Assembly: GCA_048938445.1 (NCBI GenBank)
Contig: JBHLME010000038.1
Span: 1-32,894, forward strand
Origin: Promethearchaeota archaeon
GTDB taxonomy: Archaea > Asgardarchaeota > Lokiarchaeia > Sigyniarchaeales > SOKP01
Length of the DNA: 32,894 nt
Direction: 5' to 3'
The notes below the pieces were generated by a model. That model had not been told where the DNA came from. It did not search any database and was given only the letters and a program-made list of their open reading frames with translations. Position numbers and translations under genes: made by a program. Positions 17,952 through 27,750 of the stretch are shown piece by piece (positions within the stretch are counted from its first letter, which is position 1; each line of letters begins with the position of its first letter).

Positions 17952-18449
17952 ATGTCAAAAGCGAATATTATTTCAAAAGTCATGGAAATTGAAAATTGTA
18001 ATAAAGATGTATTTCTAAAAGCACTTTATAAACCGGGTATTTGGGAGAAATGTTCACCTGTTAAAAAAATAGAAGTAGAATTTATAGCACCTAATGTATT
18101 TAAGAGTGATATTGTTGATGAAGTGAACGTGGTTAAGGTTCCTATTGAATTGAAGGGTGAGTTAGTAATGGATGATAGAGGAGAAGTCCCAAACAAGGGA
18201 AGATTGATTGAGGTAAATGTGAGAAACAACAAGGATGTTAAAGATTTAGAAGGTCGTGTAAGAATTAAGGAATTAACACCAAATAAGACGAAGATTGGCA
18301 TTTTTATAGATAAATTTACCTTGAGTAGTGATTTCATGAACTTGATAGGAAAAAATGCCGCAGAATTAATCCTAAGAACAAAAATTACAGGATTGCTAAA
18401 TAATCTGGAGAAATATTGTAAAAATAATGATTTAAAGAATCTATTGTAA
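17952..18449 (+). CDS. Hypothetical protein, START/SRPBCC (CoxG-like) fold suspected
   Basis: Size and pattern: N-terminal strand, 'VFLKALYKPGIWEKCSPVKKIEV', alternating beta strands, long C-terminal helix ending LNNLEKYC. Confidence 0.6.
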   Translation: MSKANIISKVMEIENCNKDVFLKALYKPGIWEKCSPVKKIEVEFIAPNVFKSDIVDEVNVVKVPIELKGELVMDDRGEVPNKGRLIEVNVRNNKDVKDLEGRVRIKELTPNKTKIGIFIDKFTLSSDFMNLIGKNAAELILRTKITGLLNNLEKYCKNNDLKNLL

Positions 18450-18623
18450 TAGTTTATAGTATGCTATAAACATCTATTCAAAATAATTACTCAAAAAGAA
18501 TAAATGGGATTATTAATTTTATGCATTATATAGCTCAACACAATCATGTTTAAATAATTTAATTCGAAAATAAAGATCATTGTCTTAAAAAAATTAGACA
18601 AAATTAGTTTTTAGAAGAGAAAA

Positions 18624-19466
18624 ATGAATATCTGGATAATGGACAGCAATTCTGGAGTAACACTATTATACAATCCATATAAAGAGTTTTCAGTGAATGA
18701 GGACTTGGTTTCGGGTCTTTTAACTGCTCTAAATCAATTTACAGTAGTGGAATTCAAGCAAGGAATAGAATCAATTGAAATGGGAGGATTGAGATGGGTC
18801 TATCTTTCGGATGAAATTTCTAATTTGTTATTTATTGCGGCAGATGACAAGTCTGTTAGTTCAGATCTCATAAGCGCAAGATTGAATGTAATTAAACATT
18901 CATTTATTGAGGAATATGTGAAGAATGAAGAATATTGGAAAGCACACTGGTTTGGAAATACGGATACCTTTGTGCCATTTAAAAATGTTATTGATGAGTA
19001 TTATAACCAATGGCTCACCGCCGAAAGGGTTAAGGACATAGCGGAGTTTTTTGATATATTAGGTATTTTTCAACAAATACTAAACTTATTACAAAATGTA
19101 ATTGAAAACCACTTGACACTAGTAAAAAAAAATACGATATTTACTAAAATTGAAAAAATGTTCGACAATTATGCCAATAATCCATACGTGCAATCTCAAG
19201 AAGAATTAAGGAAAATTAATTTTAGCCCAACGTCAGGAGTAAATATAATCAGCATAAATCCTTCAAATTGTGACATGATGATCGTTGAAAAACAAATAAT
19301 TAATTTAATTAAAAGAATCGTTGATTTGATAAAAGAATATGTTGATCCCGTATCTTTTATAGATTATTTGCGACAAGAAAATGTTTATAATTACATTTTA
19401 AATAATTTTACTCTAATAAAGGAACTTGATTTAGATGCGTTCTTACTCCAACTTTTTATCGGGTGA
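18624..19466 (+). CDS. Longin-like domain protein (Asgard type) with helical C-terminal region
   Basis: IWIMDSNSGVTLLY, DLVSGLLTALNQF, IESIEMGG, LLFIAAD, LNVIKHSFIEEY, F..FKNVID match the longin beta-beta-alpha-beta-beta-beta-alpha-alpha pattern. Confidence 0.75.
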   Translation: MNIWIMDSNSGVTLLYNPYKEFSVNEDLVSGLLTALNQFTVVEFKQGIESIEMGGLRWVYLSDEISNLLFIAADDKSVSSDLISARLNVIKHSFIEEYVKNEEYWKAHWFGNTDTFVPFKNVIDEYYNQWLTAERVKDIAEFFDILGIFQQILNLLQNVIENHLTLVKKNTIFTKIEKMFDNYANNPYVQSQEELRKINFSPTSGVNIISINPSNCDMMIVEKQIINLIKRIVDLIKEYVDPVSFIDYLRQENVYNYILNNFTLIKELDLDAFLLQLFIG

Positions 19467-19626
19467 AAATTAGCAGAATAATTATCTTCCTTTTGTATTA
19501 ATTTACTTTATCACTTCAAGATTAGAGATCAGATTTCTTAAATCTGAGAATCGAAAAAATGCTTAGATTTATTAGATGTTTTTTATTAACCTTATTAATT
19601 AAAATGCGATTATTCATTTAATAAAA

Positions 19627-20937
19627 ATGGAAAGCGTTAATATCCCTCTACTTATCATTCTGTTCATTCTTTTTGGATTGATAATCATAAGTTATAGCTT
19701 TTCGAAATTGGACTTTGTTGCGATCTCTTTATTATCCTGTTTTATTGCTGCCACGATTACTGCTTTGAATATAGAAGGGAGCGATATAGGATTTTTTATT
19801 AATTCGATTGAATGGGAAGCTATTATAATTATTCTTTCAATGAGCATCATAACAAAAATTGCCCAAGATTCGAACATATTAGAATATTTAGCAGTTAAAC
19901 TATTTAAAATTTCTAGAGGAAATCAGAGAACGTTTTTTTACCTTTTATGCACGATAACGACATTACTAGCTGCGATCATCAGTGATGTTGTTGTCGTTTT
20001 AATTCTTGCTCCTGTCGTCATTCGACTCTGTCACTTTTTAAAGATTAGATCCGGATCATATTTACTAGGAATGACGATTTGTATTAATATTGGTTCAATA
20101 ATAACTCCTTTTTCTTCAGGAGAAAATATTATAATATCCACAGCATTTAATCTAGATACAGGATTTTTTATATTTTATTTTTGGGCATTTTCATTTTTTT
20201 TATTATTTCTTACGATATTTTTATTGGATAGAAAAATCATAGGAAAGGAACCAAAAATCGAAGAACAACAAAAAAAAGTAGTTTTGGAGTTAATAGATGC
20301 GGATATAATGATAAAAAACAAGAAAATTTTTTATTTTAATGCTATAGCTATTATTATTACCATTGTCTTATTCGTAATTCTTCCGTGGTTATATTTGACA
20401 GCTGCAATATCCGCTTTAATCATGGTTCTTGTAAATAGAAAGTATACTAAGACAAAAATGAGCGACATGTTGCGAGATATAGAATGGGAGATCATTTTCT
20501 TTTTCATAGCGCTTTATGTTTTAATAGGTTGCCTCATAAAAGCAGGTTTTCAAGAAATTTTTAATGGGATTCCTTTTAATTCATTTGATATTTTTTTAGT
20601 AGCAGTTTTTATCCTTTTAATAGTTAGTGGGCTTTCAGGTTTTGTAGCTAATACTCCAACTGCCTTAATTTTTATTCCTATTATAGAATCATTAATTAAT
20701 AAATGGGGATTTTCCCCAATCCCTCTCCTTTTTGCATTAATAATTGGAATTAACCTTGGAGGTAATTTTTTACCCCAGGGTGCAGCCTGTGATATGATGA
20801 CCTTAAAAATAGCTCAAAATAGTGGAGTAGAGAACTTAAATATCAAACGATTGGGTAAAAATGGGGCACTTTTTGCTGGTGTACACATCGGGGTCTCAAT
20901 AATCTTTTTAATAATTTTAACTATATTATTTGGATAA
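19627..20937 (+). CDS. Ion transporter (IT) superfamily permease, ArsB/NhaD/CitMHS/P-protein-like
   Basis: About 11-12 TM segments with internal duplication (IEWEAII/IEWEIIF; NIGSIITP/NLGGNFLP; SGFVANTP). Confidence 0.85.
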   Translation: MESVNIPLLIILFILFGLIIISYSFSKLDFVAISLLSCFIAATITALNIEGSDIGFFINSIEWEAIIIILSMSIITKIAQDSNILEYLAVKLFKISRGNQRTFFYLLCTITTLLAAIISDVVVVLILAPVVIRLCHFLKIRSGSYLLGMTICINIGSIITPFSSGENIIISTAFNLDTGFFIFYFWAFSFFLLFLTIFLLDRKIIGKEPKIEEQQKKVVLELIDADIMIKNKKIFYFNAIAIIITIVLFVILPWLYLTAAISALIMVLVNRKYTKTKMSDMLRDIEWEIIFFFIALYVLIGCLIKAGFQEIFNGIPFNSFDIFLVAVFILLIVSGLSGFVANTPTALIFIPIIESLINKWGFSPIPLLFALIIGINLGGNFLPQGAACDMMTLKIAQNSGVENLNIKRLGKNGALFAGVHIGVSIIFLIILTILFG

Positions 20938-20952
20938 AAATATATTATTAAA

Positions 20953-22143
20953 TTACTGATAACTAATCCATTTTTCCTCTAAATTTGAATCGTTAAGTAC
21001 TTCAATGAGGTAGTTTGTGAAATCTTCTCCTGTAGAACCATCAGGTCTCCCTGTAATTTTGATTCTTTTTTCAAAAATAGCACAAATATCAAGTGCTTTA
21101 TCTAACTTTTGTGATAGATTAATAAAACCAATGTGGTTTAGCAATAATGCTGCTGCTTTAATCATACTTGAAGGATCTGCATATTTCACTCTTCCTTCTT
21201 CAACCATACGAGGTGCAGAACCATGAATGGCCTCAAACATTGCATATCTCTTTCCTATATTAGCACTACCTGCAGTTCCAACTCCACCTTGTATCTGAGC
21301 AGCCTCATCAGTAATGATATCACCATAAAGGTTAGGAGCTACTAATACTCTAAATTGATTCTGACGAGCAGGATCAATCAATTTAGCAGTAATGATATCA
21401 ATGTACCAGTCATCCCATTCAACTTCTGGATATTCTTCAGCAATTTTCTCTGCTATTGCGAGAAATTTACCATCGGTGGTCTTTATCACATTAGCTTTTG
21501 TAACAACGGTTACTTTATTGATATGATTATTTTTAGCATAATCAAAAGCTAAGCGAATAATACGTTCCGCACCTTGAGTCGTGATCACCTTGAAATCCAC
21601 TGAAAGCTCATCCGTAACATTCAAACCTTTAGAGCCTAAAACATAAGAACCCTCAGTATTTTCACGAAAGAACATCCAATCAATTTTTTTATCGGGAACT
21701 TTAACTGGGCGAACATTTGCAAATAGATCTAATTCCCGACGCATTGAAACATTAGCACTTTCAATGTTAGGCCATTTATCCCCTTTTCTGGGAGTAGTGG
21801 TGGGGCCTTTTAATAAAACATGACATTGTTTAATTTCTTCAAGAACATCATCGGGTAAGGCTTTCATTACTTTTGCCCTATTCTCAATAGTCAAGCCTTC
21901 AACTATTTTAAATTGAACTTTACCATTTTTTAAATGATCTTCTAGGAGAAATTCTAGTATTTTTTTTGCATGTTTGGATATTTCTGGACCTATTCCATCA
22001 CCATATATTATTCCAATTATAATAGGATTAAGTTTTGAGTAGTCAATCCAATCCTCTCCTTTAGAAAGTCTATCAACTCGTTCTAATTGTTCAATTAAAA
22101 TTTCTTCAAAATGTTTCTTTGCGATTTCTATTTCTTTTTTCAT
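20953..22143 (-). CDS. Isocitrate/isopropylmalate dehydrogenase family protein
   Basis: GDGIGPEI, LKGPTTTP, RRELDLFANVRP, RENTEG, KANV, NLYGDIITD, FEAIHGSAP; exact substrate not assignable. Confidence 0.92.
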   Translation of the reverse strand: MKKEIEIAKKHFEEILIEQLERVDRLSKGEDWIDYSKLNPIIIGIIYGDGIGPEISKHAKKILEFLLEDHLKNGKVQFKIVEGLTIENRAKVMKALPDDVLEEIKQCHVLLKGPTTTPRKGDKWPNIESANVSMRRELDLFANVRPVKVPDKKIDWMFFRENTEGSYVLGSKGLNVTDELSVDFKVITTQGAERIIRLAFDYAKNNHINKVTVVTKANVIKTTDGKFLAIAEKIAEEYPEVEWDDWYIDIITAKLIDPARQNQFRVLVAPNLYGDIITDEAAQIQGGVGTAGSANIGKRYAMFEAIHGSAPRMVEEGRVKYADPSSMIKAAALLLNHIGFINLSQKLDKALDICAIFEKRIKITGRPDGSTGEDFTNYLIEVLNDSNLEEKWISYQ

Positions 22144-22274
22144 CGAAATAAACCAAAAAAATTAATTTAGGTTGGTTTGTATAATTATTGATAAGCTCAT
22201 TTGAATAAATTTTTTTCTATATCAAAAAAAGAGCTAAATTACTTATTATTAAAATGAAAAAATATATTAAAAGA

Positions 22275-24989
22275 TTAGACATTTTGAAGGTACTCATCTA
22301 TGGCTTCAGCAGCTCTTTTTCCAGCACCCATCGCGGATATAACAGTTGCGCTTCCCGTTACTATATCTCCACCAGCAAAAATATCATCAATATTGGTTTG
22401 ACCCTTTTCATTAGTTTCAATGTATCTCCATTTATTAAGTTTTAATTCTGGAATAGATTTTGTCAAAATAGGATTTGCATTTGCTCCTATAGCTAAAATA
22501 ACCGTATCTGTCTCAATAATATGTTCTGAATTTTCAATTGGAATGGGCCGTCTCCTGCCTGAAGCATCTGGTTCTCCAAGTTTCATCGAGACAACCTCCA
22601 TTTCTTTAACATTATCATTTTCATCACCAATTAATCTTACAGGATTTGTTAAAAAACGGAAATCAATACCTTCTTCTTTTCCATGATGATATTCTTCGAT
22701 TCTTGCAGGCATTTCTGCTTCTGATCTCCTGTATACTAGGATAACTTTTTCGGCACCTAATCTTAGAGCCGTTCTAGCAGAGTCCATTGCAACATTACCA
22801 CCTCCGACTACAGTAACAATTTTTCCAACGTTTATTGGTGTATCATATTCAGGAAATCTATATGCTTTCATTAAATTTGACCTCGTGAGGAATTCATTAG
22901 CAGTTAAGACCCCGTTTAAATTAAGTCCTGGAATTTTAAGAAACATAGGAAGTCCGGCACCAACACCAACAAAAAATGCTTTAAACCCCATCTCTCTCAA
23001 ATCTTCTATAGTTAAGGTTTTACCAATAATCGAGTTATAATGTATTTTCACGTCTATCAATTTCAGAGTTTCAATTTCAGCTTTTACAATTTCTTTTGGT
23101 AACCTAAATTCAGGAATACCATAAACTAGTACACCTCCTCCCGCATGAAAAGCTTCAAAGATAGTAACATCATATCCTCTCATGGCAAGTTCTCCAGCAC
23201 ATGTTAATCCCGCAGGACCGGAACCAATAATCGCAACTTTTTTACTGTTTGGAGGTCTACAATCAGGGCATTCTTTAAGTTGATTTTCTCGTTCCCAATC
23301 AGCAATATATCTTTCTAAATATCCAATGGAAATGGGTTCTCCGAGATTGTTTAGCAAGCAAGTTTTTTCACATTGAATCTCTTGAGGGCATACCCTTCCA
23401 CATATAGCGGGCAACAAGTTATAATTTTTGACAATATGAATCGCATCAATATTTTTTTTTAACTTTATTTGTCTGATGAATCCTGGTATGTCTATATTTA
23501 CAGGACAACCAGTTACACATAGAGGTCTTCCACACTGTAAGCATCGCTGGCTTTCTTTAAGTGCCATTTCTGCAGTTAATCCATAAGGAACCTCATTAAA
23601 ATTATGAATACGCTCGTTGGGATCTTGTTCGATCATTTTAGGTCGTCGAGACTCTTTATAAGTTTTTTGTTTCGATTTAGAAATCTTAGAAAGTGAAATG
23701 AAGCTTTTATGATCTTCTTTTATTTCTTTCTTTTCAATTAAATCAAGGTCCAAAGCCTTTTTAAAGAGTTCAGCACCTTTTTCGGTTCTTATTATTACAG
23801 TTGACCACCCTGATTCTGAACCAATAGACCCTACTGAAATGTCTGCTTGTTCTGCTGTTAAATCATCACAGAAGAAGCATCCCAACCTGCCGTATTTTTT
23901 AATTTTTTTGAGAGGGATATCAATTGAAGAACCATCCTTATTATAGAGATAAAATCGCCCTTTATCTATATCCATTTTCTTTATATCAGTAGGTGGTGTT
24001 TGAAATTCGTTTTCTAAAAGTTCAAGAATATCTTTATAATTAAAAGATTCCATGCAAAATAATCCGATTTTAAATGAAATATTCTCATAAAATGGTTTAT
24101 TCAATGGATAAAAGGATATTTTTTTAATTGCTTCCATCATGCAAGGTGTTCCAACCACTGCAATATTATTAAATTCTTTTGAACGATTTAAAATCTTCAA
24201 TGAAGGTGAATTACTATATTTAGTTCCGGAAGTTTTCAATAAATCAACTTCATTACTTATGAAAACAGGTAAGGGATCATGTGGATTGCTAGATTCACTT
24301 ACTGCTAGTGCACCATCTATTAATCCCTCCCGAAAAGCTGTTTTAAGAAGTGTGGTAACAATACCTCCATCCTGAGCTACCCTTTGTATTTGAGAATCTT
24401 GAGTTTGAGCTGAATAAACCTCCAAATAGTGATTTAATGAATAAGAGATTTTTGTAGAAATATTTTCAGTTCCATTAGAATTTTTTAATGAATGTGGGAA
24501 AAAAGATCGTGGACAACACGCAAAACATGTTCCGCAACTTATACATTTATCTTCATTAATTTCAAAAGTTCCTTCTAAATAATTAATGGCATTAACAGGG
24601 CAAATTGATACACATAATCCACAGCCACAACACAAATTTTTATCCCTGATTATTGAAACATTAGGAAATACTCCTTCAATTTTATTTTCACTGATTATTT
24701 TCTGGAAAAATCGTGAATTTTCCCCAATAAACTCTAATAATCCTAATTCTTTTAAATATTCAATATTATATTCTATGTCTTTTTCTGAAATACCCGTTTC
24801 TGCCTTTAATTTATTAATATCTATTGAATTTAACTGCTTAATTTTGTTTAAAAGGTTTAATCTAGCATTTTCTGCACGGGTTAATGATTGAATATAGTCA
24901 TTTAATTCAGATTCAGTATATTTTCCAGCTCTTATAATTTTCTCCTTATTATATTCTAATATTTTTAATAATGTTGATCCTTGTTCCAT
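22275..24989 (-). CDS. Fusion: wHTH-like + 2x[4Fe-4S] ferredoxin + FrhB (F420-binding beta subunit family) + NfnB/SudA/GltD-like flavoprotein (start placed at ATG 24989; track uses 25019)
   Basis: CCGCGLCVSICP and CISCGTCFACCP; FrhB motifs QDGGIVT, GTKY, VGTPC, IGLFCMESF, GCFFCDD..ADISVG, GWSTVIIRT; NfnB motifs RCLQC..CVTGCP, GRVCPQEIQCE, GSGPAG, GGGNVAMD, YRRS, GDIVTGSATVISAM. GAGGT SD precedes ATG 24989. Confidence 0.9.
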   Translation of the reverse strand: MEQGSTLLKILEYNKEKIIRAGKYTESELNDYIQSLTRAENARLNLLNKIKQLNSIDINKLKAETGISEKDIEYNIEYLKELGLLEFIGENSRFFQKIISENKIEGVFPNVSIIRDKNLCCGCGLCVSICPVNAINYLEGTFEINEDKCISCGTCFACCPRSFFPHSLKNSNGTENISTKISYSLNHYLEVYSAQTQDSQIQRVAQDGGIVTTLLKTAFREGLIDGALAVSESSNPHDPLPVFISNEVDLLKTSGTKYSNSPSLKILNRSKEFNNIAVVGTPCMMEAIKKISFYPLNKPFYENISFKIGLFCMESFNYKDILELLENEFQTPPTDIKKMDIDKGRFYLYNKDGSSIDIPLKKIKKYGRLGCFFCDDLTAEQADISVGSIGSESGWSTVIIRTEKGAELFKKALDLDLIEKKEIKEDHKSFISLSKISKSKQKTYKESRRPKMIEQDPNERIHNFNEVPYGLTAEMALKESQRCLQCGRPLCVTGCPVNIDIPGFIRQIKLKKNIDAIHIVKNYNLLPAICGRVCPQEIQCEKTCLLNNLGEPISIGYLERYIADWERENQLKECPDCRPPNSKKVAIIGSGPAGLTCAGELAMRGYDVTIFEAFHAGGGVLVYGIPEFRLPKEIVKAEIETLKLIDVKIHYNSIIGKTLTIEDLREMGFKAFFVGVGAGLPMFLKIPGLNLNGVLTANEFLTRSNLMKAYRFPEYDTPINVGKIVTVVGGGNVAMDSARTALRLGAEKVILVYRRSEAEMPARIEEYHHGKEEGIDFRFLTNPVRLIGDENDNVKEMEVVSMKLGEPDASGRRRPIPIENSEHIIETDTVILAIGANANPILTKSIPELKLNKWRYIETNEKGQTNIDDIFAGGDIVTGSATVISAMGAGKRAAEAIDEYLQNV

Positions 24990-24993
24990 TTTA

Positions 24994-25866
24994 CTAAACC
25001 TCGTTTTTTGATTCTTCATATTCCTTACAATAACAATCCATGCATTCTTCTTCCTGTTCTTTGAATCTATTTGCTCGTTTTAGGAGATTATCAAAATCAA
25101 CAATATGGCCATCTACATCAGGTCCATCGACACAAGCAAAGAAAACTTCCCCGTCCATTGTCGAAAATCGACAACCCCCACACATTCCAGTTCCATCTAT
25201 CATTATTGTATTTAACGAAACATAAGTTTTTACTTTAGGTAAATCCCCCAAACCATTAGTTGTAAGGGTAACAAACTTCATCATTATCAAAGGTCCTATG
25301 GCTATGACGAACTCAATCTTTTCTTTTTGGATAATTTCTTTTAAAGGTTCTGTCACCACACCCTTTCTTCCTTCAGTTCCATCATCAGTACATATTATGA
25401 GTTCATCACTCACGGCCGCCATTTTTTCTCTCCAGAACAATAAATCAGTATTTCTTGCACCTATAATCGTTATTATCTTATTCCCTGCTTCTTTTAATTC
25501 CTTTGCTTGAGGATAACATGGAGCAATCCCAACTCCCCCTCCAATTATAACAATTGGATTTTGGAATTTATCAACATGTATTGCATTTCCTAAGGGACCG
25601 ACAACATCCAAAAGCTCATCTCCTTCATTTTGATGAGACAATAATTTAGTGCTTTTTCCTACTATTTGAAAAACAATTGTTATTGTACCCTTAGTTCGAT
25701 CATAATCCGCAACAGTTAGTGGAAATCGTTCTCCTGTTTCATTAATTCGTATTAGTATGAAATTTCCAGCGTGAGCTTTTTTTGCTATCAAAGCAGCTTC
25801 TATATCCATTTCCATTAGCGTTCCGCTATTTCCCAGTTCTTTTTTTTTAACAATCTTGTATGGCAT
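24994..25866 (-). CDS. nfnA: NfnA/SudB small subunit of NADH-dependent reduced ferredoxin:NADP+ oxidoreductase (FNR-type FAD/NAD + [2Fe-2S])
   Basis: GERFPLT, VGPLG, GGGVG, CTDDG, AIGP, MIDGTGMCGGC..CVDGP (Asp/3Cys [2Fe-2S] motif); directly upstream of the NfnB-like gene. Confidence 0.9.
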   Translation of the reverse strand: MPYKIVKKKELGNSGTLMEMDIEAALIAKKAHAGNFILIRINETGERFPLTVADYDRTKGTITIVFQIVGKSTKLLSHQNEGDELLDVVGPLGNAIHVDKFQNPIVIIGGGVGIAPCYPQAKELKEAGNKIITIIGARNTDLLFWREKMAAVSDELIICTDDGTEGRKGVVTEPLKEIIQKEKIEFVIAIGPLIMMKFVTLTTNGLGDLPKVKTYVSLNTIMIDGTGMCGGCRFSTMDGEVFFACVDGPDVDGHIVDFDNLLKRANRFKEQEEECMDCYCKEYEESKNEV

Positions 25867-26188
25867 TTTTATTACATTAATTCAGTAGTAGTTTTTATAT
25901 CAAAATATACTGTAAAATAATTATTTTGCTATTTTTTTTCTTAAGCGATTCAGTTATAAATATAAGAATTTTTAAATTTTTCTCACATTTTTTATGCACT
26001 TTCTTGAATAAATTATTTTTAAAAATTATATTTCAAAAATAATGCTATAAAATAAGATGGAAGTTGATAATTTTTAAATTAAAATAATATCACTCAATTT
26101 TTAATTAAGATGTTATTATTAAGTAACTTTAAAACAACATCTATTATTTTATTAATTAATATTAGAGTGGTTTATAGAGTAGTTTCGA

Positions 26189-27748
26189 ATGGATACAATT
26201 GTTGTTTTAGATTTCGGTGGTCAATATTGTCATTTAATAGCCCGTAGAATAAGAGATTTAGGTGTGTATTCAGAAATATTACCTTTTGATGTAGATAAGA
26301 GTAAAATAAATAACCTTGATCTAAAAGGAATAATTCTTTCTGGGGGTCCAAGTAGCGTATATGACCAAGATAGCCCGAAATTGTCAAATTGGTTCTTTGA
26401 ATTTATTTCTAAAGAAAAAATTCCAATTTTAGGCATATGTTATGGACATCATTTAATAATGCATCAAATAGGAGGAATTATTGAACCACATGACAATAAA
26501 GAATACGGAAAAACAGAATTAGAAATCATTGAATCACATCTGTTACTAGATGATCTAGATAGAGTTGAAGTTGTATGGATGTCACATGGAGATCAAGTAA
26601 AAAAGCTTCCTGATGGTTTTAAAATCTTAGCAAAGACAGAAACTTGTCCTATTGCTGCGTATGGTAGCATTGAGAGAAAGATTTTTGGAGTTCAATTTCA
26701 TCCAGAAGTCGTGCATACAATAAAAGGAAATCAAGTTTTGGATAATTTCATTACTAAAATTGCTAAAGCTAAAAAAGAATGGAAATTGGAGGATTGGATT
26801 GAACGCTCTATCAAACAAATTAAGCAAGAAATAGGATCTGATAACAGGGTCATCTTAGGATTAAGTGGAGGTGTTGATTCATCTGTAACTGCTATTTTAC
26901 TCCATAAAGCTATTGGTGAGAGACTTCACTGTATCTTTGTGAATAATGGTTTATTGCGGAAAAATGAAGATAAGCAAGTTCAAGAAACTTTTAAAGACAA
27001 ACTTGGTTTTAAGAATTTTCATTATGTTGATGCTGAAAACCTTTTTCTTGAAAAATTAAAAGGAGTAGAAGATCCTGAAGAAAAACGCAGGATTATTGGT
27101 CATACATTCATAGAAGTTTTCGAAAACAAGACATTGGAACTTGAAAAAGAACATCCAGACATTAAATACTTGGCACAAGGTACCATATATCCAGATAGAG
27201 TGGAAACTGCTGCTACGAGTAAAGCATCTGCAAAAATAAAGTCTCATCATAATCTCACTTTACCTGATGACATGAAATTAAAAATAATAGAACCCCTCAA
27301 GGATTTATATAAAGATGAAGTGAGAAAAATAGGATTAAAATTAGGGCTTGACAGTGAATTAATCGAGCGCCATCCATTCCCCGGACCAGGTCTTGCCGTA
27401 AGGTGTCTTGGGGCCGTGGAAAAAGAGAGATTAGAGACATTAAAAGATGCTGATCATATTTTAATTGAAGAAATACGAAAAGCCGGAATATATAATGATC
27501 TTTGGCAAATTTTCTGCGTTTTTTTACCAGTTAAAACCGTTGGAATCATGGGAGATTATCGAACATATGAATATATATGCGCAATCCGTGGTGTTGAGTC
27601 AAGAGACGCGATGACAGCGAATTTTGCTAAACTTGATTGGGATCTTTTGGAAAGGATAGGAACGAGGATAATTAATGAAGTTAAAGGTTTTAATAGGGTT
27701 GTGTATGATATCTCAAATAAACCACCAAGTACTATCGAATATGAATAA
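26189..27748 (+). CDS. guaA: GMP synthase (glutamine-hydrolysing), fused GATase + ATPPase
   Basis: LDFGGQY, SGGP, GICYG, QFHPEV, SGGVDS, IKSHHN, HPFPGPGL, KPPSTIEYE. Confidence 0.97.
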   Translation: MDTIVVLDFGGQYCHLIARRIRDLGVYSEILPFDVDKSKINNLDLKGIILSGGPSSVYDQDSPKLSNWFFEFISKEKIPILGICYGHHLIMHQIGGIIEPHDNKEYGKTELEIIESHLLLDDLDRVEVVWMSHGDQVKKLPDGFKILAKTETCPIAAYGSIERKIFGVQFHPEVVHTIKGNQVLDNFITKIAKAKKEWKLEDWIERSIKQIKQEIGSDNRVILGLSGGVDSSVTAILLHKAIGERLHCIFVNNGLLRKNEDKQVQETFKDKLGFKNFHYVDAENLFLEKLKGVEDPEEKRRIIGHTFIEVFENKTLELEKEHPDIKYLAQGTIYPDRVETAATSKASAKIKSHHNLTLPDDMKLKIIEPLKDLYKDEVRKIGLKLGLDSELIERHPFPGPGLAVRCLGAVEKERLETLKDADHILIEEIRKAGIYNDLWQIFCVFLPVKTVGIMGDYRTYEYICAIRGVESRDAMTANFAKLDWDLLERIGTRIINEVKGFNRVVYDISNKPPSTIEYE

Positions 27749-27750
27749 TA

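Noticed and set aside
19464-19550. TGA stop plus downstream hairpin as possible selenocysteine recoding/SECIS
   Set aside because: Read-through meets TAA after four codons, and the hairpin lacks the AUGA/GA core
22275-23640. Annotation as glutamate synthase small subunit (gltD)
   Set aside because: It is paired with an NfnA/SudB gene and there is no large subunit in the window, so NfnB/SudA is the better reading
18026-27250. Short antisense ORFs within the START-like, transporter, dehydrogenase, Nfn and guaA genes
   Set aside because: All overlap strongly supported genes on the opposite strand and have no motifs
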